DNA of 64,000 nt from Acidobacteriota bacterium (GCA_039026915.1 JBCCLJ010000005.1:9654-73653), one strand, 5' to 3'; counted from the stretch's first letter, positions 36,401-48,300 are shown. Numbers and translations are program-made. Notes: generated from the sequence alone by a model not told the origin.

Positions 36401-36774
36401 TGGCACACCTCGAGCACGCCGTCGTGCAGGGGCCCGCCGTCGAGCTGTCGCTGCTCGAGCAGGTCGAGTCGCTGCGCACGGCAGCACGGGCGCTGCAGCG
36501 CGAGCTCTGGGGTGACGACGTGCTGTCTTTTCTCCAGGAGCCGAGCTCGCCGTCCCTCCTCGGTCGGCTGCAGACGGTGATCGGAGGCCACTGGAGCTCG
36601 CGGCACGGCCCGACGCAGACGCATCGTCGCAACGTGGAGGTCGTGCGCGAGGCACTGCCCGACGTGCTCGAACGCGCGGAAGCGCTGCTCTACGAGCGGC
36701 TACCGGCCCTCGAAGCTTCGGTCGACGCCGCGGGCGGACGAAGGACTCCGGGCCGTCGACCCGAAGAGCAGTAG
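33454..36774 (+). CDS. Asp-box (BNR) repeat, sortilin/VPS10-like double beta-propeller protein
   Basis: At least nine SxDxGxxW-type Asp-boxes: SMNGGASWEH, SDDRGATWRN, STDGGETWRE, SVDAGESWEH, SFDAGVTWKY, SNDRGDSWSP, SEDGGANWRR, SRDRGRRWQS, SLDAGEHWRL. Signal peptide SWFSLLLITVTLGAVTASTSLA. Start is GTG 33454 (9 nt after GGAGGG) or ATG 33466. Confidence 0.8.
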   Translation: MRPLMTSRSSWFSLLLITVTLGAVTASTSLAQDETPWPERPAEDLAGLSLRHLGPALMSGRIADIAIHPEHRSTWYIAVGSGGVWKTTNAGTTIEPIFDGATSPSGGSYSVGDVTLDPNAPDVVWVGTGENVSGRHVGYGDGVYRSMNGGASWEHMGLTDSEHVSRIVVDPRDSNVVFVAAEGPLWSDGGDRGVFKSDDRGATWRNVLEISNKTGVADLQMDPKNPDVMYAAAYQRRRTVWSLLAGGPESGIYKSTDGGETWREVTVGLPSGDMGKIGLAISPFDSKVVYATIEAKPESAGFYRSVDAGESWEHRNSYHSGGTGPHYYQEIYASPHSDGRVYQMDVFIHVTEDGGGSFRRVDGGEDKHSDNHALAFWPDDPSYLLAGTDAGVYESFDAGVTWKYVTNLPVTQIYKGAVDNDFPAYNIIGGTQDNGTIYGPVRTFNQHGVRDQDWTVPYGADGYDTAIDPENPDIVYVSWQMGHPLRFDRATGELTEIQPQPEPGDPVDRFNWDAPLLISPHDPARLYYGSQRVFRSNDRGDSWSPVSGDLTRGTTRYEMRTDGKVRSVDALWGNSAMSWYATLTSITESPLVEGLLYTGSDDGSIHISEDGGANWRRAELPRSVPERAFVNQVRASLHDADTVFAVLDNHKEGDYQPYLLVSRDRGRRWQSLKGDLPDRQILWAIAQDHVSANLLFVGAERGVYVSLDAGEHWRLVAGSPKIPFRDLDIQRRENDLVASSFARGFYVLDDYTPLRALAEGEASGTTLFAPRRALWFHPTLLLQNRGKGAKGTDYWAAENPPYGAIFTYYLEDSVVSRGDARRAAEGELDDGADVPLPSLDELRAENDEAATRVLLIVRDDEGREVRRVEGPTSEGIHRVAWDLRYPSFEPVALELPTDLPPWFDPPVGPMAPPGRYTVELVRVGPGGLETLAAAVPFDVEAIFEPALGEQDAEDVLTLQQETGRLYQRALGVAQETGRALDRLAHLEHAVVQGPAVELSLLEQVESLRTAARALQRELWGDDVLSFLQEPSSPSLLGRLQTVIGGHWSSRHGPTQTHRRNVEVVREALPDVLERAEALLYERLPALEASVDAAGGRRTPGRRPEEQ

Positions 36775-36803
36775 GTGGGCGCTCGAGGCTTCGGGCCTTG
36801 GGC

Positions 36804-37595
36804 TCAGACGGTCAGGAGGACGGCCAGGAGCGTCGAGATCGTGATGATCTGGACGAGGACCAGATACGAGCCGCAGAGTAAGACGAAGCGCAGGAGCGTT
36901 CCCAGCCACTTGGCCGGGTAGAGAGCCCGATAGGCGAAGAAGATGTACCCAGCGAGAATCAGGATCACCAGAAGGCTGGCGACCGCCATCAGCATCTGAG
37001 GCAGGTAGAGCATGCCGAGCGAGAAGGTCGAAAAGGCGACCTGAGCGCTGGCGACGTGCAGCCCGAAGACGGCGTGCTTCTGCAGGAGCTCCCTGCGGTG
37101 CAGCAGCTTGAGCGCGAGGGCGAGGCCAATTGGCGTGAAGAGGTTGAACACCGGAAAGAGGAGGTTGATACGCGCGTCGTAGATGCGCCGAACCTCTGGA
37201 TCGACGAGGTCGATGCCAAAACGTCCCTTGAGGGAAGTCAAAACCGTGGGATCGATCGACGCGCTGAGCGAGCTGAGATCGAGCACGCCGATCCCGCTCA
37301 TCGCCGCGAGTGCGACCGCACTGACGATCAGGTACAGGCGAAACGGGTGCGTGTAGGGCTGGCGATGACCCTCGAGGTAGAGCTCGGTCAGTCGGCCCGG
37401 CTTCGTCAGCAGGAGCCTCAACGTGCGCGCGAGGCGAAAGTCGAGGCCGAGGGCGTGATCGAGGCCGACGCGAAGCCACTCGCCCATCGTCGACAGTCCC
37501 AGCGTCGAGTCCTGTCCGCAGGCGTCGCAGTAGCGTCCCGAGAGCTCGTGGCCGCAGTTCTCGCAGGTCGCTCTCGTTTCGAGGGCTTCGCTCAT
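36804..37595 (-). CDS. DUF3667-like membrane protein with N-terminal zinc ribbon
   Basis: ATG 37595. CENCGHELSGRYCDACGQ zinc-ribbon motif followed by several TM helices, as in DUF3667. Confidence 0.65.
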   Translation of the reverse strand: MSEALETRATCENCGHELSGRYCDACGQDSTLGLSTMGEWLRVGLDHALGLDFRLARTLRLLLTKPGRLTELYLEGHRQPYTHPFRLYLIVSAVALAAMSGIGVLDLSSLSASIDPTVLTSLKGRFGIDLVDPEVRRIYDARINLLFPVFNLFTPIGLALALKLLHRRELLQKHAVFGLHVASAQVAFSTFSLGMLYLPQMLMAVASLLVILILAGYIFFAYRALYPAKWLGTLLRFVLLCGSYLVLVQIITISTLLAVLLTV

Positions 37596-37717
37596 GACGT
37601 CGGGCCGGGTGTTCGGGAGGCGGTTCGTGAGTCTTCTGTGAACTATCTCGCGGATGCTCTTTTCCAGCACCCATCTCCAGCGAGCTCGTTCACCAGAGGG
37701 CATTCGAAGTGAGAATC

Positions 37718-39001
37718 ATGCCAGCGATGCACACACGCTATCTCAGCCTCCTCCTCGCCAGCTGCTGCCTCGCAGGGCTGGCAGCGGATCCGATCGCAGC
37801 TCAGTCCGTTGCGACGTGCGAAGCCTCCGACCAGACCCACTGTCTGATGGAGCGTTTCGAAGTGACCGTCGAGTGGCGCGACTTTCGCGGGAACACCGGC
37901 TCTGCTCGCACCGTACCGGGAGCATCGGACGACTCCGGACTCTTTTACTTCTTTGCTCCGGAAAATTTCGAGATGCTGGTGAAGGTTTTGGACGGCTGCT
38001 TCCTGACGAACCGCGTCTGGGTCTTCGCCGCCGCGACGACCGACGTCGAGTACACGCTGCGCGTGCGCGACGTCGGCACGGGCGAGACGGCCTCCTACTT
38101 CAATCCGCTGGGCCGCGCCGCGCCGGCGATCACAGACATCGAGGCGTTGGACTCCTGCTCGCTCCTGCCTTCGGCCCGGCTCGCCTCAGCTCTGCGCACG
38201 CCTGTGCCCGGGAACGTCGTCGTCACCGAGCCTCTGCAGGTCCTCGAGCGCTCGGGCCGGGAGATCCCGAAGGCTTGCAGCGAGACGCCTGACGCTCTGT
38301 GTCTGACCCGTGGCCGCTTTCGGGTCGAGGTCGAATGGACCGACTTTCAGGGAGGCTCCGGAGTCGGCAGCGTGGTGCCTCTCGATTCGAGCGACTCCGG
38401 CCTCTTCTGGTTCTTCGACGCCGACAACTGGGAGATGCTGGTCAAGGTCATCGACGGCTGTGCGCTGAATCAGAGGTTCTGGGTCTTCGCCGCCGCGACG
38501 ACTAACGTCGAGTACCTGCTGCGTGTGACCGACACCGACACCAACACCGTGCGTGAGTACCGCAATCCGCTCGGGCGTGCCGCGCCAGCAACGACCGACA
38601 CCGATGCGTTTGCGACGTGCCCCGCCGGCGGGGGGGGTGCTTCTTCAGCGCCCGTGATCACGGGCGGTCGGCTCTTTCAGCGGAACTCTTCGACAGAGTT
38701 CGAGATCGACTTCACCGACGCGGACGGCGACATGAGCGAGCGGGCCGGCTACGAGGTCAGAGCAAGCGCTCCGGGCCTCTCCTGCAGTTTCAGCACGCTC
38801 GGTGACGACACTCCCGACGATCGCCTCGATCGCCTCGATCGCGGCACGATCGAGGTCGAGCTGGAGGGCGGCGGTTTGATCATTCCCGGGGCGCGGGTGA
38901 CCTTCCAAGTCGAAGATGCGGCGGGGAACCTGAGCAACGTCTTCGTCTTCACGAATCTCCTTCGCCCGTTCGAGTGCCCGGGCTCGCTCTCCGACTTCTA
39001 G
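37718..39001 (+). CDS. secreted protein with two tandem copies of an uncharacterised ~115-aa four-Cys domain
   Basis: Signal peptide (start GTG 37709, ATG 37718 or ATG 37727). Copy 1 is 37817..38157, copy 2 is 38276..38620. The shared core is RF.V.VEW.DF.G..G....VP...SDSGLF.FF...N.EMLVKV.DGC.L....WVFAAATT.VEY.LRV.D........Y.NPLGRAAPA.TD. Distinct C-terminal ~125 aa. Confidence 0.7.
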   Translation: MPAMHTRYLSLLLASCCLAGLAADPIAAQSVATCEASDQTHCLMERFEVTVEWRDFRGNTGSARTVPGASDDSGLFYFFAPENFEMLVKVLDGCFLTNRVWVFAAATTDVEYTLRVRDVGTGETASYFNPLGRAAPAITDIEALDSCSLLPSARLASALRTPVPGNVVVTEPLQVLERSGREIPKACSETPDALCLTRGRFRVEVEWTDFQGGSGVGSVVPLDSSDSGLFWFFDADNWEMLVKVIDGCALNQRFWVFAAATTNVEYLLRVTDTDTNTVREYRNPLGRAAPATTDTDAFATCPAGGGGASSAPVITGGRLFQRNSSTEFEIDFTDADGDMSERAGYEVRASAPGLSCSFSTLGDDTPDDRLDRLDRGTIEVELEGGGLIIPGARVTFQVEDAAGNLSNVFVFTNLLRPFECPGSLSDF

Positions 39002-39333
39002 AGCGTCTTCCGGACTTCGTGCCCTTCGAGGTTCGCGCAGAGTCCGCGGGCCCGAGAACCGTAGTCTGAAGGGATTCGAGCTGTAGGACGATCGGCAGAC
39101 GCTGCGCAGAGTTTCCGAGGGCAGACCAGGATTCGCGCCGCTTCTTCGAGGGCCGCGGCGCGCAGAGGATCTACACGCGGCGACCGCACCGTGCGGCCGC
39201 GCTGCGTCAGGGATTCTTGACGCGGCTTTGAATTCCTTCTGGCGCAGTTGGCACTGCGGCTCCCTACACTCCGCACCGTCGCGACCGTCAGGTTTCGACG
39301 ATCCCTTGAACTGTCTTTCGGAAGCCCTCGCCG

Positions 39334-42300
39334 ATGTTCCTTGCCCGCCCCTTGCTTTTGCTGTGCCTTCTCGGTCTCCTGCTGGCGCCTTCAGCAGCGC
39401 AGTCTCAACCCGAGGCCGATGTCCTCGTCACCAACGCCCCGCAGGCCCTCCTGGGCGAGTCGATCGAGCTGCAGCTCGATTTTTCGAACGTAGCGGCGGA
39501 CAGTCAGGATGTCGGCTACGGACCCTTCGTCGACGTCGTTCTGCCGATCAACGGAGCGGACGGCAATGCGGGCAGCGAGACGGCGGACGGACTGACCTTC
39601 GTGAGCGCCGACTACCTCGGCGCCGCCATCTCCGCTACACAGCTCACCTTTCCGGACGATGGTCGGGACACCGGTTGCGTCGAGCATCCCTTTGCCGAGT
39701 CCGACACGGCCACTCCGCTGATCGTCTGCGGCACGCCGGGCGACGTGCTCCTGGTTCTGCCGCTTCCTTTCGGCTCTTACGTGCCCACTCAGCCGGCGTC
39801 GACGATCGACCTGAAGCTCGACGTCAGCGCGCTCGCGGATCTCGGGGTGGGACTACCGGTCCATCATCGAGCCGGTTTCCGGTTCGGTGCGGATCCGCTC
39901 GACAACGCCTGCTGCGACCCGAGCCTGGTCAGTGCCGCTTCGAACGATTCGACGACCTGGCCCTCGACTGAGGTGACCCCGGAGCTCCTGGCCGTTCGCA
40001 AGGAGTACCTCGGCCCCGAGAACGAGACTTCGACCGGGCCGAACTTCCCGCGTCAGTACCGCATCGTTCTCGATCTCGCCGACGGCCAGAGCATCTCCGA
40101 CGTCGACGTCATCGAGGACTTGCCGGACAGCCTCGCTTACCTGCGTCTGGTGTCGACCTCGCCCACGGCGACCGTGCTGGCCGAGCCGACCGTGGGAGAG
40201 GCGAGCTCCTCGCCGACCAACCGTCTGCACGTCAATTTCTCCTCCGTCACCGGCACCGCATCGAACAACGACGCCGAGGTGGTTCTCGAGTTCTTCGTGC
40301 CGCGAACGGACGCGACCGGCAGCGCGGTCGTGCCAGCGGCCAGCGGCGACGACACGACAGCAGAGAACCAGGTCACGGCTCTCGGAGACTGGTCGCCCGT
40401 GGACGGCAGGGACCCGTCGGGCACCGACAACGTCTCGTTCGACGCCAGTGGTCCCGAGCACACGCTGTCGCAGCAGGCCCTCTCGATTCAGAAGGGCGTA
40501 GCGATCGCCGCGAACAGCGGTGCGTCCAGTGCGACACCGGGCGACGTGCTCGAGTACACCCTCGAGATTCAGGTCTCGGACTTCTTCGCGGTGAGCTCCG
40601 TCGTCGTCACCGACGTGCTCTCCGACGGCCAGTCGTTCGATCAGAGCTTCACACCGACGCTCCGCCTCACCGAGCACGGCTCGACGACGAGCGCGGGTTT
40701 CGATGCAGCGAACTTCACAGTCAGCGCCGACAAGTCACCCGGAGCCAGTGCACCGAACACCGGCCGGACCACGCTGACCTTCGACCTTTCCAGCGAGCTC
40801 GTGACGAGGGGCGCCGACGCTCTCTTTCTTGGCGGTTGTGTGCCCGTCGGTGGGACCGGCGGCACTCCTCCGGACTGCTCGACTTTCGATCAGGGAGCGA
40901 CAACGGCGACGGTCGTCTTCCGAGCGGTCATCGACGAGGACTTCTCCGACGACTTCCCGTCAGGCGACGCTTCCGTCGATCAGGGCGATTCGCTGAGCAA
41001 CGATGCCGTCGTCGATTCGGCGCTGCACGACGTGGTCGAGCTGCAGGCCACCGCGGCCACGGAAGCCGACGACACCGCCGCCGGAGTCAAGCTCGTCTTC
41101 GGCTCGATCAGCAAGTCGATCTATGCGATCGACGGCAACACGAGCTTCGCTCAGCCGATCGAGATCAGCCCGGGAGACGAGATCACCTACCGGCTCGAGG
41201 TCACGATGCCATCGGCGGACTTCGAGAACCTGGTCCTCAGCGACTACCTGCCGCTTCCTGTCTTCTCGGCCCCGGAGGTCACCCAGCTGCTTTCCCAGGC
41301 CGACGCCACCGTGCCCGCCGCCGGCACGATCAAGTTCGGCGCCACGGATACGCTCCTCGCTCTCGCCGGCGCCCCGAGCTGGAGCGTTCAGGCGGCCTCG
41401 AACCGCCTGGTTCTCGACTACGGCGACTTCGATGCGGTGGGCAGCGGTCCGGTCAAGATCGACGTGCTCTTCACGGTCACCGTCAGCGACGATCCGTTTG
41501 CCGACGACCTGCTGCTGACGAACCAGATGCACCTGGAGCAGGCGAGCACCAACGGCGGCGTGCACGTCGCCGACGCGATCGTCCAGTTTCGTCTGCGTCA
41601 GCCCCTGCTGCGCTTCACCAAGGGCGCGATCTCTTCCGACCAGCCGGACGCCACATTCACCCCGTCGGTCGTCGGGCCGAGCCTCGTCGGGACCGTCTCC
41701 TCGGACGACCTCGCCGCGACCCCTGTCGGCTCGGACGTCGCCGACGTCGATGCCGGCGACCTCGTCACCTTTGCGCTGGTCGTCGAGAACGTGGGCGGCA
41801 GCGGCGCCTTCGATCTCGTCGTCAACGACGCTTTGCCTGCCGGGCTCACTGTTCCTGCGGGCGGTATCGACCTGACCGTCCGTCGGGGCGACGGCTTGAT
41901 CTTGCAGACGAGTGCTCTGGGGCCCTTTGGCGATGATCGTGACCTCTTCGAAAACGGCCTCGAGATCGTCGACCCTTCCGGCGAAGCAGCCTGCCAGGAG
42001 TACTCGGCGAGCGGCGGTTCCAACGTCGTGCTGTTGACCTACGAGCTCGAGGTCGCCGACGCCGCGGCCGTGCCGGAAGCCGTCTTCGAAAATGACGCCG
42101 GTCTTCTGCAATACGGCGGCGACGACGGCTCGGGAAGCAGCGCCAATCACGTCTTCGGGACGACGGAGTTCCGCGACAGCGTCTCGATTGAGATCGCGAC
42201 TCCCCAGATCGAGAAGGACCTGACGCTCACCAGCGAGCCCCACACTCCGGACTCGGACCCCGGTCGGCCTCTTGCGATTGGCGAGGCCGCGACCTACCGC

Positions 42301-45300
42301 ATCGTCGTCACGGTTCCCGAGGGTGTCTCTCCCCAGGTGAAGCTCACCGATCAGGTCAGCAGCGGAGTGCGTATCGAGAGCGTCGACCAGGTGACGGCGA
42401 CCCCAGGACTCTCGACGTCCGTTGCCGGTGGCTTCGGCGCCGTCCGCACGGGTGCCGTCGTCTCCGGGGATGGACGCGGCGTGACCCTCGATTTCGGTGA
42501 CCTCACCAATGCCAATCGAGCCAACGGCACCGCCGATACCATCAGCGTCTACGCGACGGTGCGCGTTCAGAACGATCCCGAGGCCTCCTCCGGCACGGCC
42601 GTCACCAACTCGGCCACGTGGAGCTGGGACGGCGGTCAGGTTGGCGACTCAGCCCAGCAGGCTCTGGTCGTGGAGCCGGCGCTCGAGATGAGCAAGGACG
42701 TCAGCCCAGGCAACGGCGATGCGGGCGACACCGTGTCCTTCACGCTGACGGTGACACACGCTGGCGCTTCGACGGCGGACGCCTTCGACCTCGTCCTCAC
42801 AGACGCACTCTCGGATCCCGATCTCGCGCTGGTCGACGGCACGGTTTCGGCGCCGGGAGGTACGGTCGTCCGCGGCAATGGCGGGGAAGGCGATGTCGAG
42901 GTGCGCTACGACAGCCTTGCCCTTGCCGGCTCTGCCATCGTCACCTTCGACGCCGTCTTGCTGAACTCCGTCGTCGCAGGTGACATTCTGACCAACGTTG
43001 CCGAGCTCTCTTGGGACAGCCTCCCGGGCGAGGTCGCCGAGCGCAAGTACGGCCCGACGAGTGCCGGTGCTCAGGTGACGATCGGCATTCCGGATCTGTC
43101 GAAATCGGTGCTGTCGACGTCAGAGACCTCGACCGATGCTGCGCAGTACTCGCCGACGGTCGAAGACCTCACTCTCGGGGAAGAGGTCACCTTCCGGATC
43201 GTGGCGACGCTCCCCGAGGGCGTGACGGCGCAGGTGTTGATCGTCGATTCGATGCCGTCCTCCGCCAGCGGCGTTCTCGAAGCGATCTCTGCGCAGGTCA
43301 TCAGCGTCGGCGGCTCACTGACGCCCGCGGTGCCCAGCCCCACGCCGTCGTTCTCGGACGTGAACCTCGGCGACGGTCTCGACGATCGAGTGAGCTTCGA
43401 CTTCGGCCAGGTGACGAATGCGCCAGACGGCGTCGTCAGCGCTGGCGACCAGATCGTTCTGGAGATCGTGGCTCGGGTCGCCGACGTCGCGGCGAACCGC
43501 GGCGGTCGAGCTCTGACGAATACGGCCCTGATCGACTTCGACGGAGCGCTGCAGCCGACGGCCACGGTCGATGTCGAAGTGGTCGAGCCGCTCCTCGAGG
43601 TCGACAAGTCCGGTGATGAGACGACCGGTGACGCCGGTGACATCGTGCGTTTCGTGGTCGAAGTGCGGCACGACCCGGCGACCTCGGCACGCGCCTTCGA
43701 CGTGCTCATCGAGGATGAGCTGCCGCCGGGGCTGAGCTTCTACGGCAATCTGCAGAGCACCGGTACGGCCGAGCCCAGCACGCTCTCAGAAGCGAGCAAC
43801 ACGGTGACCGCCGTCTGGGACGAGCTGGACGTCGGTGAGGTCGGTCGCTTCGAGTTCGACGCCATCGTCGATCTGGGGGTTTTTCCCGGCGAGAACCTGA
43901 CCAACGAGGCCATGCTGAGCTGGGATTCGCTGCCCGCGGACGACGATCCGCCGGGCGAGCGCACGGGCTCTGACAGTGATGAGCACGTCTTCACGGTGAC
44001 GCTGCCCGGCGTCGACAAAACGGTCTTCTCGACCTCCGAGAGCTTCACCGGTACCGCCCAGAGTGGGCCGGAGCCGGATCTCACGATCGGTGAGCAGGTG
44101 ACCTATCGAGTCGTTCTGACTCTGCCGGAAGGCACGGTCACCGACACGACGATCGTCGATCAGCTGCCCAAGGGCTCCGCCGTTCTCGCGCTCGAGAGCT
44201 CGCGGGTCGTGCGGGTTGGTACCGCGCTCGGCGGCGCCGGTCTTCCCTCTGTCGGCGCTGCGGGAACGGCGTCGGATACCGATGCAGATGGCGTCGACGA
44301 CCGCGTCCAGTGGACTCTGGGCACCGTCGTCAACACCCCGGATGGCTCCGAGAACGCCCAGGACGAGATCGAGGTCGAGGTCGTGGCCCGGGTCATCGAC
44401 GTCGCCGCCAATTCCTACGGTGACGACGATCTGGTGAACCTCGCGACGCTCTCGCACGCCGACGGCAGCGCCATGGACTCAGCTCTGGTCGACGTGGTCG
44501 AGCCTCAGCTCCAGATCACGAAGTCAGCCAGTTCGACTCTGGTCGACGCTGGCGACACGATCCGCTTCGACCTCCAGATCGATCACATCTCGGCGTCGAG
44601 CGCCGACGCCTTCTCGCTCGTCGTCGTCGACGCACTGCCGAGCTCCGGGCTGTCCTGGGCCGGCAACGGCACGGTCGTTTCGGACTGCGACGGCCTGGTC
44701 GTCGACTCCACCAGTCTGCCGACGGTTCGCTTCGACGTCAGCGAGCTGACGAGAGCCGACGAGACCTGCACCATTTCCTACGACCTCGATGTGGAGAACA
44801 CGGTGCAGCCGGCGCAGTCCTACGACAACACCGCGTCTCTCGACTACGACTCCCAGCCGACCTACGTCGCCGGCGAGACACGTCGGAGGACGACGAGCGA
44901 CATGGAGACCGTGACGATCCTCGCCCCGGGCCTGATGAAGATCACCGACACCACGAGCCTCGACGACACCGGGATGACGCAGTTCGGCGCCTCGCGTCCC
45001 GACCTGGCGATCGGCGAGCAGGTCGACTACGAGCTCACCGTCGTCTTTCCGGAAGGCGTGACCGAGAACGCGGTGGTCACCGACCTGATGCCCGCAGATT
45101 CCCAGACCGGCATCGTCGAGGTCATCGGCGCTTCGGTCTCGTCGATCGGCGGTCAGCTGGTCGCGACCGGCTCGGGATCGCCGGTGCTCAGTGACACGCG
45201 CCTCGACGACGGTCTCAACGACACGGTCACCTTCGACTTCGGTCGGGTCACCAACACCCCCGACGGTTCCAACACGCCCGCCGATCGGATCGTCCTGACG

Positions 45301-48300
45301 GTGACCGGTGTGGTCGTCGATCTGCCCGAGAACGTTGCCGGAGACGTCCTGTCGAACTACGCCGAGCTCGCCTTCGCCACCGGCGGTCCGCTGTCCGATA
45401 CGGCCGAGATCGACGTCGTCGAGCCGGAGCTGGAGCTCGGCAAGTCCATGGGACCGATGGCGGCGCATCGAATCCCGATCTCGCTCTCCGTCGAGAACAC
45501 CGGGTCTGCACCCGCCTACGAAGTGAGGGTGGAAGACGTGCTCGATGACTCGCTCTACGATCTCGACTCCTTTGCTTCGATCGCCGCGCCGACCGGCTTC
45601 GTGCTCGAAGCTCTGGACGAAGGAAGTCAGCTGCGCATCGTTCTGCGTGCCGATCCGGCCTCGAGCTCACCCGACAACGTGATCCTTCCGGGTGAGACGG
45701 TCTCGGCGGACTTCGAGATCGACGCGCTGCGCGGCGCGTCGTCGCCTTCGGCGCTCCCCAATGTGGCCGACGAAGTCGGCGCGACGACCCTTCCGGGGAC
45801 GGATCCGAAGGAGCGCGATGCTTCGGGAAGCACGGTCAGCGTGACGCTCGATCTGCCGATCCTCGAGTCCGACAAGACAGCCTCGCTGCTCGCCGACGCG
45901 GACAACTCGGGCACGGTCTCGCCGGGAGACACGGTGCGCTACGAAGTGGCGTTGACGAACTCGGGCGCCGGCGCGGCCACGGACCTCGTGCTGCAGGACA
46001 CTCCTGACGCCAACACGTCGCTCGTCATCGGCACGGTGGTCGTCGGCGGCTCGGAGGTCGTCGTCTCGGGCAACGGGGCCGGCGACGTCGACGTTCATGT
46101 CACCCTCGCGTCCTTGGCGGCGGGACAGACCTCGACCGTGCAGTACGACGTCGTCGTGGCGCCTGCCCTCGCAGCGGGCATCGAGACGGTCACGAACCAG
46201 GGTGTCTGGACGAGCACGGAAGTCGACCCCGTGGCGACCGATGACCCGTCGGTCCCGGGCTTCGCGGATGCGACGATCGTGCCGGTCGACGCTGCACCGG
46301 ATCTCGGGGTCAGCAAGACCGACGGCGACGAAGACGCGATTCCCACGGGCTTGTTGACCTATCAGGTCACGTACGCGAACGGCGGCAATCAGGACGCCAC
46401 CGGTGTCACGGTCACGGAGACGGTGCCCGACCACTCGATCTATCTCGCGCCGAACAGCAACTACGCATGGTCATGCCCGGACGGCAGCACTGCCGGAACG
46501 CAGTGTGTTGCCAACGTCGGCTCGCTGGCAGCGGGTGCCGGCGGCTCGTTCACCTTCGCTGTCCGGGTCGTCGACCCGCTTCCGGGCGGCGTCACGGCAC
46601 TCGCCAACACCGTGACGATCCAGGACGACGGCTCCAACGGCGACGATCTCGACCTGTCCGACAACCAGGGCTCCGACACCACGCCGATCAACGCCTCGCC
46701 GGGCTTGACGCTGACCAAGTCGGACGGCGATGCGGTCGCCCTCTTCGGTTCGCCGGTCGTCTACACCCTCAGCTACAGCAACGACGGCAACCAGGTCGCT
46801 CAAGGCGTCGTGCTCACCGAAACGGTGCCGGCCGACACGATCTTCGACGCCGCGGCCAGCGCGCCTTCGTCGTGGAGCTGCGGTGATGCCAGCTCCGCCG
46901 GCACGGAGTGCACTCTCTCGCTGGGGCAGTTGGCGGTCGGTGCGAGCGGATCGGAGACGTTCGCGGTGCGCACCTTGGCCTCCGCGGGCGAGGGCGGTCT
47001 TGTGCAGAACACCGCCACGATCCGCGATGACGGCAGCGGTGCTTCGGGGCAGCCCGTCACGGAGAGCGCCAGCGACACGACGCCAGTGCGTGCTCCGACC
47101 CTCACCAAGACGCTGCTGACGTCCGGCGATCTCGTCATCGGACAGGAAGCGATTCTGCGGATCGAGGTCGGCCTGCCCGAAGGAGCCAGCGCCAGCGGCG
47201 TCACGCTGGTGGATGCGCTGCCTCTCGAGCTGCTGGCCGTGCGCCAGGAGAACGGCAGCGCCAGTGCGGGCCTCACCTACTCGGGCTCGCTGGCGGCCGA
47301 CATCGAGTCCGACAGCTTCACCTGGACCCTGGGTGACGTCAGCAACACCGACGGCGACAGCGGGACTCAGGAGAGTTTCGTCTTCGATGTCGTCGTCCAG
47401 GCGAGAAACGTGCTGACGGCGCAGGCGGGCACGATGCTGACGACGACCGCGACGCTCACGTTCGGCGGTCAGACGCGGGACGCTTCGGTCGATCTGAGCA
47501 TCCTCGAGCCCGATCTTTCGCTCGACACATCTTTCGACCAGCTCACGTCCGGGCCCGGTGAGACGGTCACCGTTCGTTGGGAGATCGCGCACACGCAGGC
47601 GAGTGGTGCCTCGGCCCACGATCTGGAGCTGGTGACCGTTCTTCCGGAGGGCCTCACCTACGCGGGCGGCGTCACAGCAGAGCAGGGGCCAGCGCCGACG
47701 GTCGATGCCACGGGCCTGCCCGAGCTGCGCATGACGGTGGCGGAGCTCGAGCAGAACTGGGACGAGTCCAACCCTCTGGTCATCACCTTCGACGTCACCA
47801 CGTCAGGCAGCCTGACCACGCGAGAGACCGTCGACAGCGAAGTGCGGCTCGAGTGGTCCAGCATCGTCGGCGTCCCGGCGTTGCCGGTTCCCGACGATCC
47901 CGCGTCCGGAGAGCGCACCGGCGACAGCGGAGATCCCGGTGGTGCGGCCAACGACTATGTGGCCGAGTCGACCTCGCAGCTCAACAACACCGCGGTCTTT
48001 TCCTTCGAGGATCTGCGAGAAGACGAGACGCTGTCGAACGACTTCGACTACAACGACTTCGTCATCACCGTTGGCGTCACCGAGGAGGTGAATGAGGAGA
48101 ACGAGTGGACCCGCATCGAACTCCTCGTCCGGGCGGAGGCGCGTGGAGCGGCGTTCAATCACGAGCCCTTTCTCGACGTCGGGCTCGAAGGGCCGATCGA
48201 CATTACGCTCGAGACCTACGACGCCGCCGGCGTCCTGACAGGGATCAGTCAGAGCTCGCAGAACGCCACGTTCGTCGAGTCGATCCCGATCTTTGCGGAC

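Noticed and set aside
38819-38842. 9-bp tandem repeat gatcgcctc x2.7 inside 37709..39001.
   Set aside because: Short, in frame (encodes DRLDRLDR), with no evidence of variability. Trivial coding microrepeat.
39249-39265. TGGCAC hexamer upstream of the giant gene (gtTGGCACtgcggctccc) as a second sigma54 promoter.
   Set aside because: The -12 element is missing: CTCC occupies the place of TTGC at the required N5 spacing.
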